Assembly: GCA_022573225.1 (NCBI GenBank)
Contig: JACZUI010000004.1
Coordinates: 3,381-67,380, forward strand
Reading direction: 5' to 3'
Length of the DNA stretch: 64,000 nt
DNA from: Acidobacteriota bacterium
GTDB taxonomy: Bacteria; Actinomycetota; Acidimicrobiia; Spongiisociales; ZC4RG35
The notes beneath the pieces were generated by a model that was given only the letters and a program-made list of their open reading frames with translations, was not told the DNA's origin and made no database searches. Below are positions 38,533-48,451 of this stretch, piece by piece. Within the stretch, counting starts at the first letter, position 1. Every line of letters begins with the position of its first letter. A program made the translations under genes and the position numbers.

Positions 38533-39441
38533 TCAGCCCGACATCATCTGGCCGATGAGCACGATCTCCTCGGCCAGGTTGCCGGGGATCACGTAATCCG
38601 ACAGATCACGAACGGCATCCAGGTTGTCGGCGAGCTCTTCCACGCTGGGAACCTCACCCTGGCCGGCAAACCAACCGCTGTTGGTACCGATGAAGATCCG
38701 CGCATAGCGGCCGCCGCCCACCGAGAAGATCTCGTGCGTGTACTCGTTGGTCTCAGAGCAGAGATAAACGACCATCGGCATCACCTGCTTGGGATCCACG
38801 AGATCAACCAGCGGGCCCAGGATGTCCTCGGTCATCCTGGTGCGTGCGATCGGGGCGATCACGTTCGACTTGATGTTGTACTTCATCCCTTCGATGGCGA
38901 GGACGTTGGAGAGCCCCAACAGGCCGGCCTTGGCGGCCCCGTAGTTGGCCTGGCCGAAGTTCCCGAAGATCCCAGCCGCTGATGACGTATGAACAAACCG
39001 TCCATAGCCCTTTTCCTTCATGACTCGAAAGGCCGGGTGGGAAACGAAGAACGCTCCCCTGAGATGAACATCCAGGACCACCTCGACCTCATCGAGTGTC
39101 ATGTTGGCAAATGACTTGTCGCGTAGGATTCCGGCGTTGTTGACCACGATGTCGACCGTCCCGAAGGCATCGAGGGCCTTCTGGATGATGGCCTCGGCTC
39201 CCTCTCTGGTAGACACCGAGTCGTAATTGGCCGCCGCCTCGCCGCCTGTCGACGTGATCTCTTCGACCACGACGTCTGCGGCCGACGTAGATTCCCCGCT
39301 CCCGTCGACGGCGCCGCCCAGGTCGTTGACCACAACGCGAGCGCCTCGACGGGCGAACTCGAGGGCGTACTCGCGGCCGAGCCCGCCCCCCGCTCCGGTG
39401 ATTACCGCGACGCGACCATCAAACGTGATTGGTTCACTCAT
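38533..39441 (-). CDS. SDR, MFE-2-like (3R)-hydroxyacyl-CoA dehydrogenase
   Basis: TGAGGGLG, VVNDLGG, NNAGILRD, GNFGQANYGAAK. Confidence 0.88.
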   Translation of the reverse strand: MSEPITFDGRVAVITGAGGGLGREYALEFARRGARVVVNDLGGAVDGSGESTSAADVVVEEITSTGGEAAANYDSVSTREGAEAIIQKALDAFGTVDIVVNNAGILRDKSFANMTLDEVEVVLDVHLRGAFFVSHPAFRVMKEKGYGRFVHTSSAAGIFGNFGQANYGAAKAGLLGLSNVLAIEGMKYNIKSNVIAPIARTRMTEDILGPLVDLVDPKQVMPMVVYLCSETNEYTHEIFSVGGGRYARIFIGTNSGWFAGQGEVPSVEELADNLDAVRDLSDYVIPGNLAEEIVLIGQMMSG

Positions 39442-39483
39442 CTCTCTTCCTTCACTAACGCCCCGACCAGCACCGACAGGGCA

Positions 39484-40632
39484 CTAGAGACCCAACGACC
39501 GACCGATGATCTCCTTCATGATCTCGGTCGTCCCGCCGTAGATGGTCTGCACCCTGGCGTCCCTGAAGGCACGGGCGATCGGATATTCCTCCATGTAACC
39601 CCATCCCCCAAAGAACTGAAGACAGCGGTCGATTACACGATTCTCGAGTTCGGTAACCCACCACTTGGCCTTGGCGGCCTCCTCCGCGCTCAACTCTCCG
39701 GCGTTATGGACGACGATCTGGTTGTCCACGTAGGACTGCCCGATATCGAGCTCTGTCCTCATTTCCGCCATCAGGTGCTTGACAGTCTGAAACGAACCGA
39801 TCGGCTGGCCGAACGCTTGCCGCTCCTTGACGTACTCCAGAGTCCAGTCGAAGGCCACCTGCGCATGCGCAATCGATCCGACCGCGAGCGACAGCCGCTC
39901 CTGGGGAAGATTCTCGACAATATGGACGAACCCACGGCCCTCGTCTCCCAGAAGGTTCTCCACAGGCACATAAACATCGTCGAAGAACAGCTCGGCAGTG
40001 TCCTGGGAATGAAGCCCGATCTTCTCGAGGTTGCGACCGCGGGTGAAGCCCTCCATACCGTCCTCAACCACCAGGAGGCTCATCCCGGAGTGGCGCTGGG
40101 ACGGATCGGTCTTGACCGCGGTGACTATCAGGTCGGAGTTGATTCCGTTCGTGACGAATGTCTTCGAACCGTTGACGATGTAGTGATCACCGTCGCGGAT
40201 GGCGGTCGTCTTGATCCCAGCGAGATCCGAGCCCGCACCGGGCTCGGTCATGGCGATCGCCGTCATCAGCGCGCCCGAGGCGATACCGGGCAACCATCGG
40301 GTCGCCTGCTCCTCATTGGACAGCTTGGTGAAGTACGGGGTAACGACGTCGTTGTGGAGCGTGATCGCAAGACCGGAAGCGAAAGCATCCCCGTAGATCA
40401 GCTCCTCAACCACAACAGCGTTGAACCGGAAGTCGTCCACTCCCCCTCCGCCGTGCTCGACCGGAATCGCCATTCCCAACAACCCGGCATCTCCGGCCTT
40501 GTGAAACATGGCCTTATCGATCTTCCCCTCGGTCTCCCACTTGGCCACATTCGGGGAGACCTCGCGGTCCACGAACTCGTGAACCGAGGCTCGATACAGC
40601 TCGTGATCCGCCTCGTAGAGGGTTCGCTTCAT
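39484..40632 (-). CDS. Acyl-CoA dehydrogenase (long-chain type)
   Basis: AMTEPGAGSD, NGSKTFVTNG, ERL, R.AFGQPIG.FQ, IYGGTTEIMK. Confidence 0.95.
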   Translation of the reverse strand: MKRTLYEADHELYRASVHEFVDREVSPNVAKWETEGKIDKAMFHKAGDAGLLGMAIPVEHGGGGVDDFRFNAVVVEELIYGDAFASGLAITLHNDVVTPYFTKLSNEEQATRWLPGIASGALMTAIAMTEPGAGSDLAGIKTTAIRDGDHYIVNGSKTFVTNGINSDLIVTAVKTDPSQRHSGMSLLVVEDGMEGFTRGRNLEKIGLHSQDTAELFFDDVYVPVENLLGDEGRGFVHIVENLPQERLSLAVGSIAHAQVAFDWTLEYVKERQAFGQPIGSFQTVKHLMAEMRTELDIGQSYVDNQIVVHNAGELSAEEAAKAKWWVTELENRVIDRCLQFFGGWGYMEEYPIARAFRDARVQTIYGGTTEIMKEIIGRSLGL

Positions 40633-40649
40633 TTGCCTGCCTGGTCCCC

Positions 40650-42488
40650 CTACACGCCGGAGTAGAGGGCTTCGATCTCCTCGGAGTACTTCTCCAGCAC
40701 GACCTGCCGCTTGAGTTTCAGCGACGGTGTGACTTCACCGGATTCGGGGGTCCAGTCATCAGGGACGATGACCCACTTCTTGACCTGCTCCACCCGTGCC
40801 ACCTTGGCATTGGCCGCCTCTATTGCCTGCTCCACCTCCGACTTCACCTCAGGAAGCCGGGAGAAGCTCGCCAGATCGGCGTATTCGAGACCATGAGCCT
40901 CGGCCCAATCCGGCGCCTCTTCCGCGTCGAGAGCGATGATCATGGTGAGGAACTTCCTCCTGTCGCCGACCATGGCAGCCTTGGAGATGAGGGGGTGATT
41001 GCCCAGCGCGACCTCGAGCTTGGCCGGAGCGATGTTCTTCCCGGCCGCCGTGATGATGATCTCCTTCTTGCGACCGATGATCCAGACATAGCCGTCGTCA
41101 TCGATCCGGGCCAGGTCTCCACTGTGGAACCAACCGTCGCTGTGGAACGATTCCCTGGTGGCATCGTCGAGCTTGAAGTAGCCATCGGTGATCACGCCAC
41201 CCCGGATCAGCAGCTCGTCGTCTTCGGCGGTCTTCAACTCGACCCCGGGCAAGGCCTGGCCCACCGAACCGAAACGCATCGGGCCCATCACGGTCACAGT
41301 GGCCGGGCCCGAGGTCTCCGACAGCCCATAGATCTCATGCAAGGGGATGCCGATGGTGTGGAAGAACTTCACCAGGTCGGCGTCGATCGGTGCCGCAGCC
41401 GTTATGGCTACCTCGACGGCATCCATCCCCAGCCCCTCACGAACCTTTGAAAGGGCGATCTTGTCGAGAATGCCCGCGGTCATCGGACCCGACTTGCCCT
41501 CAGACTCGGCTTCGACCCGCTTCTCGTTTGCCGCCAAAGCCCGGTCGAGAATGGTCTTCTTGATGCCCTCGGCCTGCCCAAACCGCGCCATGAGGCGAGC
41601 ATGGAACTTCTCAAAGACCCGGGGCACTCCAACGAAGAGGGTGGGTCGGGCAACCTGGAGGTACTCCAGAACGCCGGAGATATTGGGGCAGAACCAAACC
41701 TGGCCCGCAAGATAGGTCGCGACGTAATGGGTGGCGAGACGCTCCGCGATATGCGCAAGGGGGAGGTAGGACACCATACGCGGCCCGGGACGGATGTTTG
41801 CAGCGCGGCGGATCGACTCGGCGGTCCAGACCACGTTGCGATGGGTGATCATCACGCCCTTGGGAGTGCCTGTTGTGCCCGACGTGTAGATCAAGGTTGC
41901 CAGTCCATCGGGGTCGATGGCCGACACAGATCGGGCCACGGTCTCGGGGTCTTCGCTGAGCCTTTTCTTGCCCCGGACGAGCAGCTCGTCCCAGCTCAGC
42001 ACCCAGTCGGCGGTCTCGTAGTTCTCGGCGCCCGTCATCAGGACCACATAGCGAAGGTTGGGAAGCTCGGCCCGGATCTCATCCCATCGTTTCATGAGAT
42101 CGAGGTCCTCGAGGATCGCCACTGTTGCCTTGCAGTTGTCGGCGATGTACTGGACCTGACCGGCCTGAAGCGTCGAGTAGATGGTTACCCCCGTCGCTCC
42201 GGCATGAACTGCGGCGTAGTCGGCGATGACGTGCTCGGGTCGATTGCCGGCCATGATCGCAACGAACTCACCGTCGCCCACTCCCAGGGCCTGGAGCCCG
42301 GCAGCCGCCTCGTAGACTACCTGGTGGTACTGCTTCCAGGTGATGTGCTGCCAGTCGCCATCCTTCCAGTGGATCGCCGGCTGGTCCCCATACCGCTCCG
42401 CGTTCCGGTTGAAGAAGTCGATAATCGTCTTGCCTTCGACTACGGCATCGATGGCGGCACTTTCGTCAAGGACGGCTTGTTCGGTCAT
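40650..42488 (-). CDS. Long-chain fatty acid-CoA ligase (FadD15-like)
   Basis: YTSGTTGTPKG, YLPLAH, YGLSET, SGD, GRKKE, TPSLKLKR. Confidence 0.92.
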   Translation of the reverse strand: MTEQAVLDESAAIDAVVEGKTIIDFFNRNAERYGDQPAIHWKDGDWQHITWKQYHQVVYEAAAGLQALGVGDGEFVAIMAGNRPEHVIADYAAVHAGATGVTIYSTLQAGQVQYIADNCKATVAILEDLDLMKRWDEIRAELPNLRYVVLMTGAENYETADWVLSWDELLVRGKKRLSEDPETVARSVSAIDPDGLATLIYTSGTTGTPKGVMITHRNVVWTAESIRRAANIRPGPRMVSYLPLAHIAERLATHYVATYLAGQVWFCPNISGVLEYLQVARPTLFVGVPRVFEKFHARLMARFGQAEGIKKTILDRALAANEKRVEAESEGKSGPMTAGILDKIALSKVREGLGMDAVEVAITAAAPIDADLVKFFHTIGIPLHEIYGLSETSGPATVTVMGPMRFGSVGQALPGVELKTAEDDELLIRGGVITDGYFKLDDATRESFHSDGWFHSGDLARIDDDGYVWIIGRKKEIIITAAGKNIAPAKLEVALGNHPLISKAAMVGDRRKFLTMIIALDAEEAPDWAEAHGLEYADLASFSRLPEVKSEVEQAIEAANAKVARVEQVKKWVIVPDDWTPESGEVTPSLKLKRQVVLEKYSEEIEALYSGV

Positions 42489-42503
42489 GACTCCTCCGGA
42501 ACG

Positions 42504-43643
42504 TCAGGCGACGGCTGCTTTGGCCCGGAGCATACCGATCTGCTCCTGGCTATAGCCCAGTGAGGCAAGCACGCGATCGGTGTCGCTCCCGGGGAAGCTG
42601 GGAGGCGTGGGGTGCTCCCGCTTGGTGGCGGAGAAGCGAGGTGCCTTGGCAGGCTGAATCACGCCATCAACGGTGACAAACGTACCTCTGTGCGAGTTGT
42701 GAGGGTGCAAAGGCGCCTCGGATAGAGAGAGCACGGGAGCGACACAAGCGTCTCGTCCTTCAAACATGTCCTCCCACTCCTGGCGGGTTCGGGTCTTGAA
42801 CGTCTCCTCGAACACGGAGCGCAATCTGGGCCAGCCGGATCGGTCGGTTTGGTCGCCTACGGCTACAGGATCGATGCCAAGCCCATCGAGCAACTCACCA
42901 AAGAACTGTGGCTCGAGGGCGCCCACCGCCATATGTCGTCCGTCTGACGTCTCGTACACCGAATAGAAGGGAGCGCCCCCATCGAGGAGGTTCGACTCCC
43001 GCCGGTCGACCCAGCTGCCTTCGGCCAAGAATCCGTGCGTGGCAGTCGTCAGAAGCGCCGAGCCGTCAACCATTGCGGCGTCGACGACCTGCCCTTTGCC
43101 GGTTGATCCGACCTGGATGATGGCTGCGAGAACTCCAACGGCGAGGAGCATCCCGCCCCCGCCGTAATCCCCGACCAGATTGAGGGGCGGAATCGGAGAG
43201 TCGGCCGGGCCGGTGGCGTGGAGCGCTCCCGATAGGGCTATGTAGTCGATGTCATGTCCGGCACTCTTGGCCAGAGGCCCTTCTTGGCCCCAACCTGTCA
43301 TCCTCCCATAGACGAGACGGGCGTTCCTGGCCAGGCATTCTGCCGGGCCCAGTTGGAGACGCTCGGTTACCCCCGGCCGGAACCCCTCGATAAGGGCATC
43401 GGCCCTAGCGGCGAGGTCGAGGAGCACTTGCCTTCCCCCCTCGTGCTTCAGATCGACCCCGATCGACAGCTTGCCCCGGTTGTGGAGATCAAACCTGGTG
43501 GTCGCCGTGGGACTCCCGATCACATCTGAGACGCGGTCGACGCGGATTACTTCGGCGCCGAGATCAGCCAGCACCATCCCGCAGAAAGGAGCAGGTCCCA
43601 GACCGGCCAGTTCGATGACGCGAACCCCCTCTAGCGGGCCCAT
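42504..43643 (-). CDS. Alpha-methylacyl-CoA racemase (CaiB/BaiF family)
   Basis: GLGPAPF..LADLGA, EGFRPGV, RMTGWGQ.GP, GHDIDY, NLVGDYGGG. Confidence 0.9.
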   Translation of the reverse strand: MGPLEGVRVIELAGLGPAPFCGMVLADLGAEVIRVDRVSDVIGSPTATTRFDLHNRGKLSIGVDLKHEGGRQVLLDLAARADALIEGFRPGVTERLQLGPAECLARNARLVYGRMTGWGQEGPLAKSAGHDIDYIALSGALHATGPADSPIPPLNLVGDYGGGGMLLAVGVLAAIIQVGSTGKGQVVDAAMVDGSALLTTATHGFLAEGSWVDRRESNLLDGGAPFYSVYETSDGRHMAVGALEPQFFGELLDGLGIDPVAVGDQTDRSGWPRLRSVFEETFKTRTRQEWEDMFEGRDACVAPVLSLSEAPLHPHNSHRGTFVTVDGVIQPAKAPRFSATKREHPTPPSFPGSDTDRVLASLGYSQEQIGMLRAKAAVA

Positions 43644-43654
43644 TTCAGTGGATC

Positions 43655-44785
43655 CTAGGCCGGCTCGACAGAATCCTCCGGAGGTGACTCCGCATCCAGA
43701 AAAAGCTCGTGTCTCCTAGACGACTCTGAGATCAAGGCCTGGATGATTCCAGCCATCGGAAGGGCGAGGATGATACCGATGGCACCCATGAGCTGCCCGC
43801 CGATGATGATGGCTGCGATCGAGACCGCCGGATGAATCGACATGGTCCGTTTGGTGATCCTTGGCGAAAGCAACAGATTCTCGACCTGCTGATAGGCGAC
43901 GAAGAAGATGATGACCCAGATCATCGTGGTTGTCCCATTAGACGACAGAGCAACGATGGCAGGGAGGATCAGCGCCAGATAGGTGCCAACCACCGGGATG
44001 AACTGGCTGAGAACGCCGATCCAGATACCCAGGGAAAGGGCGAAGGGGACGTCGAGAAACGCCAGGAACGCAGCGGCGATCGACCCGCCAATGAAGGCGA
44101 GGATCAGTCTGGAGTAGATGTACCCACCCATCTTCTCCACGGCAACGTCCCAGATATGAAGCGCTTCCCTCTGCCGGTGCTCGGGCATGAAGGTGAGAAC
44201 GGTCCGCTGGAGCTGGGGCAACTCGGCCACCATGTAGAAAGAGAAGATGGCCACGGTGCTGGCAAAGATGAAGAAACCGCCGATTGCCCCGGCCAGGGCC
44301 GCGAGTCCGCCGGCGACGCCTCCGGCGTTTCCGGCCAACCATTCCGAGAGCGCGCTTGCTTCGTTCTCGATGTCGGCACCGACCTCAGGACCGAGCTCGA
44401 TACCAAAGGTGTTGGAGAGGAATTCGAGGACGCTCTCTACGTATCCGGGGATGCTGGCAATTATCTGGCCGACCTGGTCTATCAGCAGCGGTGCCAACGC
44501 GACAAAGAAACCGACAGCCAAAACTGCTGCGCCAAGGAATACGAGCGCGGTTGCCGGGCCTCTTCTCCACCCCCTTTTCGCAAGGAGATGCACCGGGGGT
44601 TCCATGGCAACCGCGACGAAGATCGCGACGAAGACCATGAAGAGGACCCCGCTGATCTGACCGGCAAACCAGATGAGACCGCCCAAGGCCAAAAGCACTC
44701 CAGCCACCACCAGGGTGCGGCGCATAAAGCGCTGGTTGTCACGGGATTCGGCTTCCGTGGGCATGACAGTTTTCACGGTAGGCAT
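43655..44785 (-). CDS. AI-2E family transporter
   Basis: Multi-TM; FIPVVG, QQVEN.LLSPRI, IHP, GIILALP. Confidence 0.88.
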   Translation of the reverse strand: MPTVKTVMPTEAESRDNQRFMRRTLVVAGVLLALGGLIWFAGQISGVLFMVFVAIFVAVAMEPPVHLLAKRGWRRGPATALVFLGAAVLAVGFFVALAPLLIDQVGQIIASIPGYVESVLEFLSNTFGIELGPEVGADIENEASALSEWLAGNAGGVAGGLAALAGAIGGFFIFASTVAIFSFYMVAELPQLQRTVLTFMPEHRQREALHIWDVAVEKMGGYIYSRLILAFIGGSIAAAFLAFLDVPFALSLGIWIGVLSQFIPVVGTYLALILPAIVALSSNGTTTMIWVIIFFVAYQQVENLLLSPRITKRTMSIHPAVSIAAIIIGGQLMGAIGIILALPMAGIIQALISESSRRHELFLDAESPPEDSVEPA

Positions 44786-44895
44786 CCGGGCGTCAGATCC
44801 AGCGGATCTCCAGGAGTCTGCTGATTAATGCCGTTGAGATGAGTGACACGCATTGTTCAGCGGGCTCCTAATCTCCGCCAGGTCCAGGAGGGAAT

Positions 44896-46830
44896 GTGGA
44901 GAGTTTCGAGATCGTCTGGCGACCCGATGAGAAAAGAGCAGCCGCGACCAACACGGCAGCATTCATGCGTCGTCACGGCATCACGACCTACCAAGAGCTG
45001 TCAGACCGCGCTGCCAGCGACCCAGAGTGGTTCTGGGGCGACGTGGTCGACTTCCTCAATATCCCCTTCATGAGGAAATGGCGGGCGGTTCGAGACACTT
45101 CGCGGGGCCACCAGTGGGCGACATGGTTCGTAGGAGGCCAATTCAACCTCAGCCAGGCTTGCGTCGATCGCTGGGCCGACGACGACCCGGATCGAGTCGC
45201 CCTGAGATCGCAGAAGGAGACCGGCGAGACTCGGGAGTTGAATTTCGGCCGACTTCGCAGCGAAGTCTCGAAGACTGCGGGCGCCCTACGCGCTCTGGGC
45301 GTCGATCGGGGCGATGCTGTGGCCGTTTACCTACCGATCGGGCAGGAGGCTGTGACTGCCTTGCTGGCTGTGGCCCGTCTCGGAGCGATTTTCATCCCAG
45401 TCTTCTCCGGATATGGCGCCGATGCCGTCGCCGCACGGTTGGTCGACCCGAGGCCAAAGGTCCTGATCTGTGCCAACGGGTTCGTGAGACGGGGCAGGCT
45501 GGTCGAAATGAAGGAAGTCGCCGATTCGGCCGTAGAGGCTGCGGGCGGAATCGACCGGCTCCTCGTGGTCGACTACACCGACCGCGCCACGACACCCATC
45601 CTGGGAGAAAGGGATGTGTGGTGGCACGAAATCGTGCCTGAGGCGAAGCCGGTGGCACCCGTAGCGACCGGCTCCGAGGACCCGGTTCTCATCGCCTACA
45701 CGTCCGGCACCACCGGAAGACCCAAGGGAGCCGTCCATGTTCAGGCCGGCCTGACGGTCAAGATCGCCCAGGAAGGAGCCTTTCAGGCTGATCTGCACCG
45801 CGACGATGTTCTGATGTGGGCCACGGACATGGGGTGGATCATGGGCCCCTGGATGGTGATAGCCGGGTTGGCCAACGGCGCCGCCATTGCCACCTTCGAT
45901 GGTGCTCCCGACTACCCGGGCCCAGATCGGATCTGGCAGGTGGCGTCCGAGCTCGGTGTCACCTTCCTCGGACTGTCGCCCACACTGGTTCGTGCCCTCC
46001 AGCCTCACGGAGCGGAACAGGCCCGCAAGCACGATCTCTCCAGGCTCCGATCGTTCGGGTCTACCGGGGAGCCGTGGAACCCTGATCCCTGGTGGTGGCT
46101 GTTCAAGGAGGTGGGTGAGGAGAGGCGCCCGATCGTCAACATCTCCGGCGGCACGGAGATCGGAGCCTGCCTGCTCTCGGTCAATCTATTGCAGGGCATC
46201 AAACCGACTGCTCTCGGCTCACCGTCACTCGGAATCGACGCCGACGTCTACGACAGCGAAGGAAACCCGACAAGGACCGAGGTAGGCGAGCTGGTGGTCA
46301 GGGGCTCATGGCCGGGAATGACCCGTGGATTCTGGGGCGAGTCGGAGAGATACATCGCCACGTACTGGTCGCGATTCGAGGACACCTGGGTCCACGGCGA
46401 CTGGGCGTCGATCGATGCGGACGGGTTCTGGTTTCTACACGGTCGGTCCGACGACACCATGAACATTGCGGGCAAGCGGATCGGGCCAGCAGAAATCGAA
46501 TCGGCTGTCGTGGCCCTCGAAGAGGTAGTCATGGCCGCCGCTGTCGGGGTGCCCGACGAGATCAAGGGCGAGGCGATTGCCCTCTTTGTGGTGGCGGCTC
46601 CGGGTGTCGAGCCGGGACCCGAACTCACTCAGACCGTTGAGAGGACCGTTGCCGACGCCATGGGCAAGGCCTTTCGACCCAAGACGATCAAGTGGGTGGA
46701 CGACCTCCCCAGGACGAGGTCAGCCAAGATAATGCGGCGTGTAGTGAAATCTCTCGCCGTCGGTGAGGAGCCGGGAGATCTGTCCGGTCTCGAGAACCCC
46801 GAAAGCCTCGACGGGATTGCCTCAACCTGA
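44896..46830 (+). CDS. Acetate/short-chain acyl-CoA ligase
   Basis: YTSGTTGRPKG, DMGWIMG, TGEPW, SGGTE, GRSDD, LPRTRSAK. Confidence 0.9.
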   Translation: MESFEIVWRPDEKRAAATNTAAFMRRHGITTYQELSDRAASDPEWFWGDVVDFLNIPFMRKWRAVRDTSRGHQWATWFVGGQFNLSQACVDRWADDDPDRVALRSQKETGETRELNFGRLRSEVSKTAGALRALGVDRGDAVAVYLPIGQEAVTALLAVARLGAIFIPVFSGYGADAVAARLVDPRPKVLICANGFVRRGRLVEMKEVADSAVEAAGGIDRLLVVDYTDRATTPILGERDVWWHEIVPEAKPVAPVATGSEDPVLIAYTSGTTGRPKGAVHVQAGLTVKIAQEGAFQADLHRDDVLMWATDMGWIMGPWMVIAGLANGAAIATFDGAPDYPGPDRIWQVASELGVTFLGLSPTLVRALQPHGAEQARKHDLSRLRSFGSTGEPWNPDPWWWLFKEVGEERRPIVNISGGTEIGACLLSVNLLQGIKPTALGSPSLGIDADVYDSEGNPTRTEVGELVVRGSWPGMTRGFWGESERYIATYWSRFEDTWVHGDWASIDADGFWFLHGRSDDTMNIAGKRIGPAEIESAVVALEEVVMAAAVGVPDEIKGEAIALFVVAAPGVEPGPELTQTVERTVADAMGKAFRPKTIKWVDDLPRTRSAKIMRRVVKSLAVGEEPGDLSGLENPESLDGIAST

Positions 46831-46837
46831 CGCCCGA

Positions 46838-47608
46838 TTACCTGGGTGGCAAACGAGTTGCTGCATCGATGCGGATAGTCTCGCCGTTGAGGTACGGATT
46901 CTCCACGATGGACTGGACCAGTTGGGCGAACTCCTCAGGATCCCCCAGCCTCTTGGGAAAGACGCTCCTGTTTTCCAGCTCTGTGATCGCCTTGTCGGGC
47001 AGCATCGACAGGATGTTTGTTGCGAAAACACCTGGCGCTACCGCCATAACGCGAATCCCCAGATCGGCCAGCTCCCTGGCTATCGGAAGTGTCATCCCGA
47101 CCACGCCGCCTTTCGATGCGCTGTAGGCAGCTTGGCCAACCTGGCCCTCGAAAGCCGCGATGGAGGCGACATTGACGATTACACCCCTCTCGCCGGCAGA
47201 ATTCGGTTCGTTCCCGGCCATCCGACCGGCGACATGCCTCAAGACGTCGAACATGCCGATGAGGTTGACGTCGATGGTGAACTTGAACAGGTCGAGGTCG
47301 AAAAGGGACCCGTCCCGACCAACCACACGCCCCGCCGTCCCCACCCCTGCGGCGTTCACCAGCACGTCGATCCTTCCGAAAGTCTCGTACGCTCCGGTGA
47401 TCGCACTCTCAACCGCGCCCGGGTTACGGACGTCGCACTGTATGAATCTCGAGTTGGTACCAATCTTTGAGGCAGCCTCGACGCCCGCCTCATCGTTCAG
47501 ATCCACCAGGACCACCGAAGCACCGTTTGCTGCCAGTCGCTGCGCGGTGGCAAAACCGAGGCCGGAAGCCCCACCCGTGACCACTGCAACCGAGTTATTG
47601 ACCTCCAA
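46838..47608 (-). CDS. SDR, HSD10-like 3-hydroxyacyl-CoA dehydrogenase type II
   Basis: TGGASGLG, ERGVIVNVASIAAFEGQ.GQAAYSASKGG, YLNGETIR.D. Confidence 0.92.
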   Translation of the reverse strand: MEVNNSVAVVTGGASGLGFATAQRLAANGASVVLVDLNDEAGVEAASKIGTNSRFIQCDVRNPGAVESAITGAYETFGRIDVLVNAAGVGTAGRVVGRDGSLFDLDLFKFTIDVNLIGMFDVLRHVAGRMAGNEPNSAGERGVIVNVASIAAFEGQVGQAAYSASKGGVVGMTLPIARELADLGIRVMAVAPGVFATNILSMLPDKAITELENRSVFPKRLGDPEEFAQLVQSIVENPYLNGETIRIDAATRLPPR

Positions 47609-47683
47609 GGCACGCCTTTCACCAGGAATCGTGCGACGGTACCACTGCCCCGACGGGGTGATTCATCCCTCAGTGACCCACCA

Positions 47684-48451
47684 GTGATAGGAATATTCGA
47701 CTCCGGTATCGGCGGGCTCGGCGTATTGATCCAGGTCCGACGGCTGCTTCCCGCGGTCGACATCGTCTATGTAGCCGACCATGCCAGGGCTCCTTACGGA
47801 ACGCGGTCGCTGAAAGAGGTCGCCGACATCTCCGCGGACATCTCCGGTCGTTTGATCGAGAAAGGTGCCCAGACAGTCGTCATCGCCTGCAATACGGCGT
47901 CGGCGGCCGCCCTCCACAGCCTTCGGGCGGAGTTTCCCAATACCAGTTTCGTGGGCATGGAGACAGCGGTGAAGCCGGCGACCATGGAAACCCGCACCGG
48001 GGTGATCGGCGTGCTGGCTACTGCCGCAACCTTTCAAAGTGAGCTCTACGAGTCCGTCGTCCAACGATTCGGCGGGGATGCCACCATCAGGACGGCCGCC
48101 TGCCCCGATTGGGTTGAGATGGTGGAATCCGGAATCATCGATGGCCCCGCAGTGGAACACACGGTCCGGGCCAAGATCGAACCGATCCTCGAAGAGGGCG
48201 CCGACACCCTCGTCCTCGGCTGCACCCATTTTCCCTTTCTGCTGTCGTCAATTGAAGCCGTTGCGGGACCGAACGTGACCATCGTCGACCCGGCACCGGC
48301 GGTTGGGCGGCAGGTGGCCCGGGTCGACCCAGGATCCGGCTCTGGCGAGTTGTCGCTGATGTCGACCGGCGATCCAGGGCGCTTCGAGGAACTTGTCAGG
48401 AAGCTAGGCGGATCAGAGTTGTCGCTGTCCGCCCTAGCCTTCGGAGATTGA
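47684..48451 (+). CDS. murI: Glutamate racemase
   Basis: FDSGIGG, PYG, IACNTA, LGCTHF. Confidence 0.95.
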   Translation: MIGIFDSGIGGLGVLIQVRRLLPAVDIVYVADHARAPYGTRSLKEVADISADISGRLIEKGAQTVVIACNTASAAALHSLRAEFPNTSFVGMETAVKPATMETRTGVIGVLATAATFQSELYESVVQRFGGDATIRTAACPDWVEMVESGIIDGPAVEHTVRAKIEPILEEGADTLVLGCTHFPFLLSSIEAVAGPNVTIVDPAPAVGRQVARVDPGSGSGELSLMSTGDPGRFEELVRKLGGSELSLSALAFGD

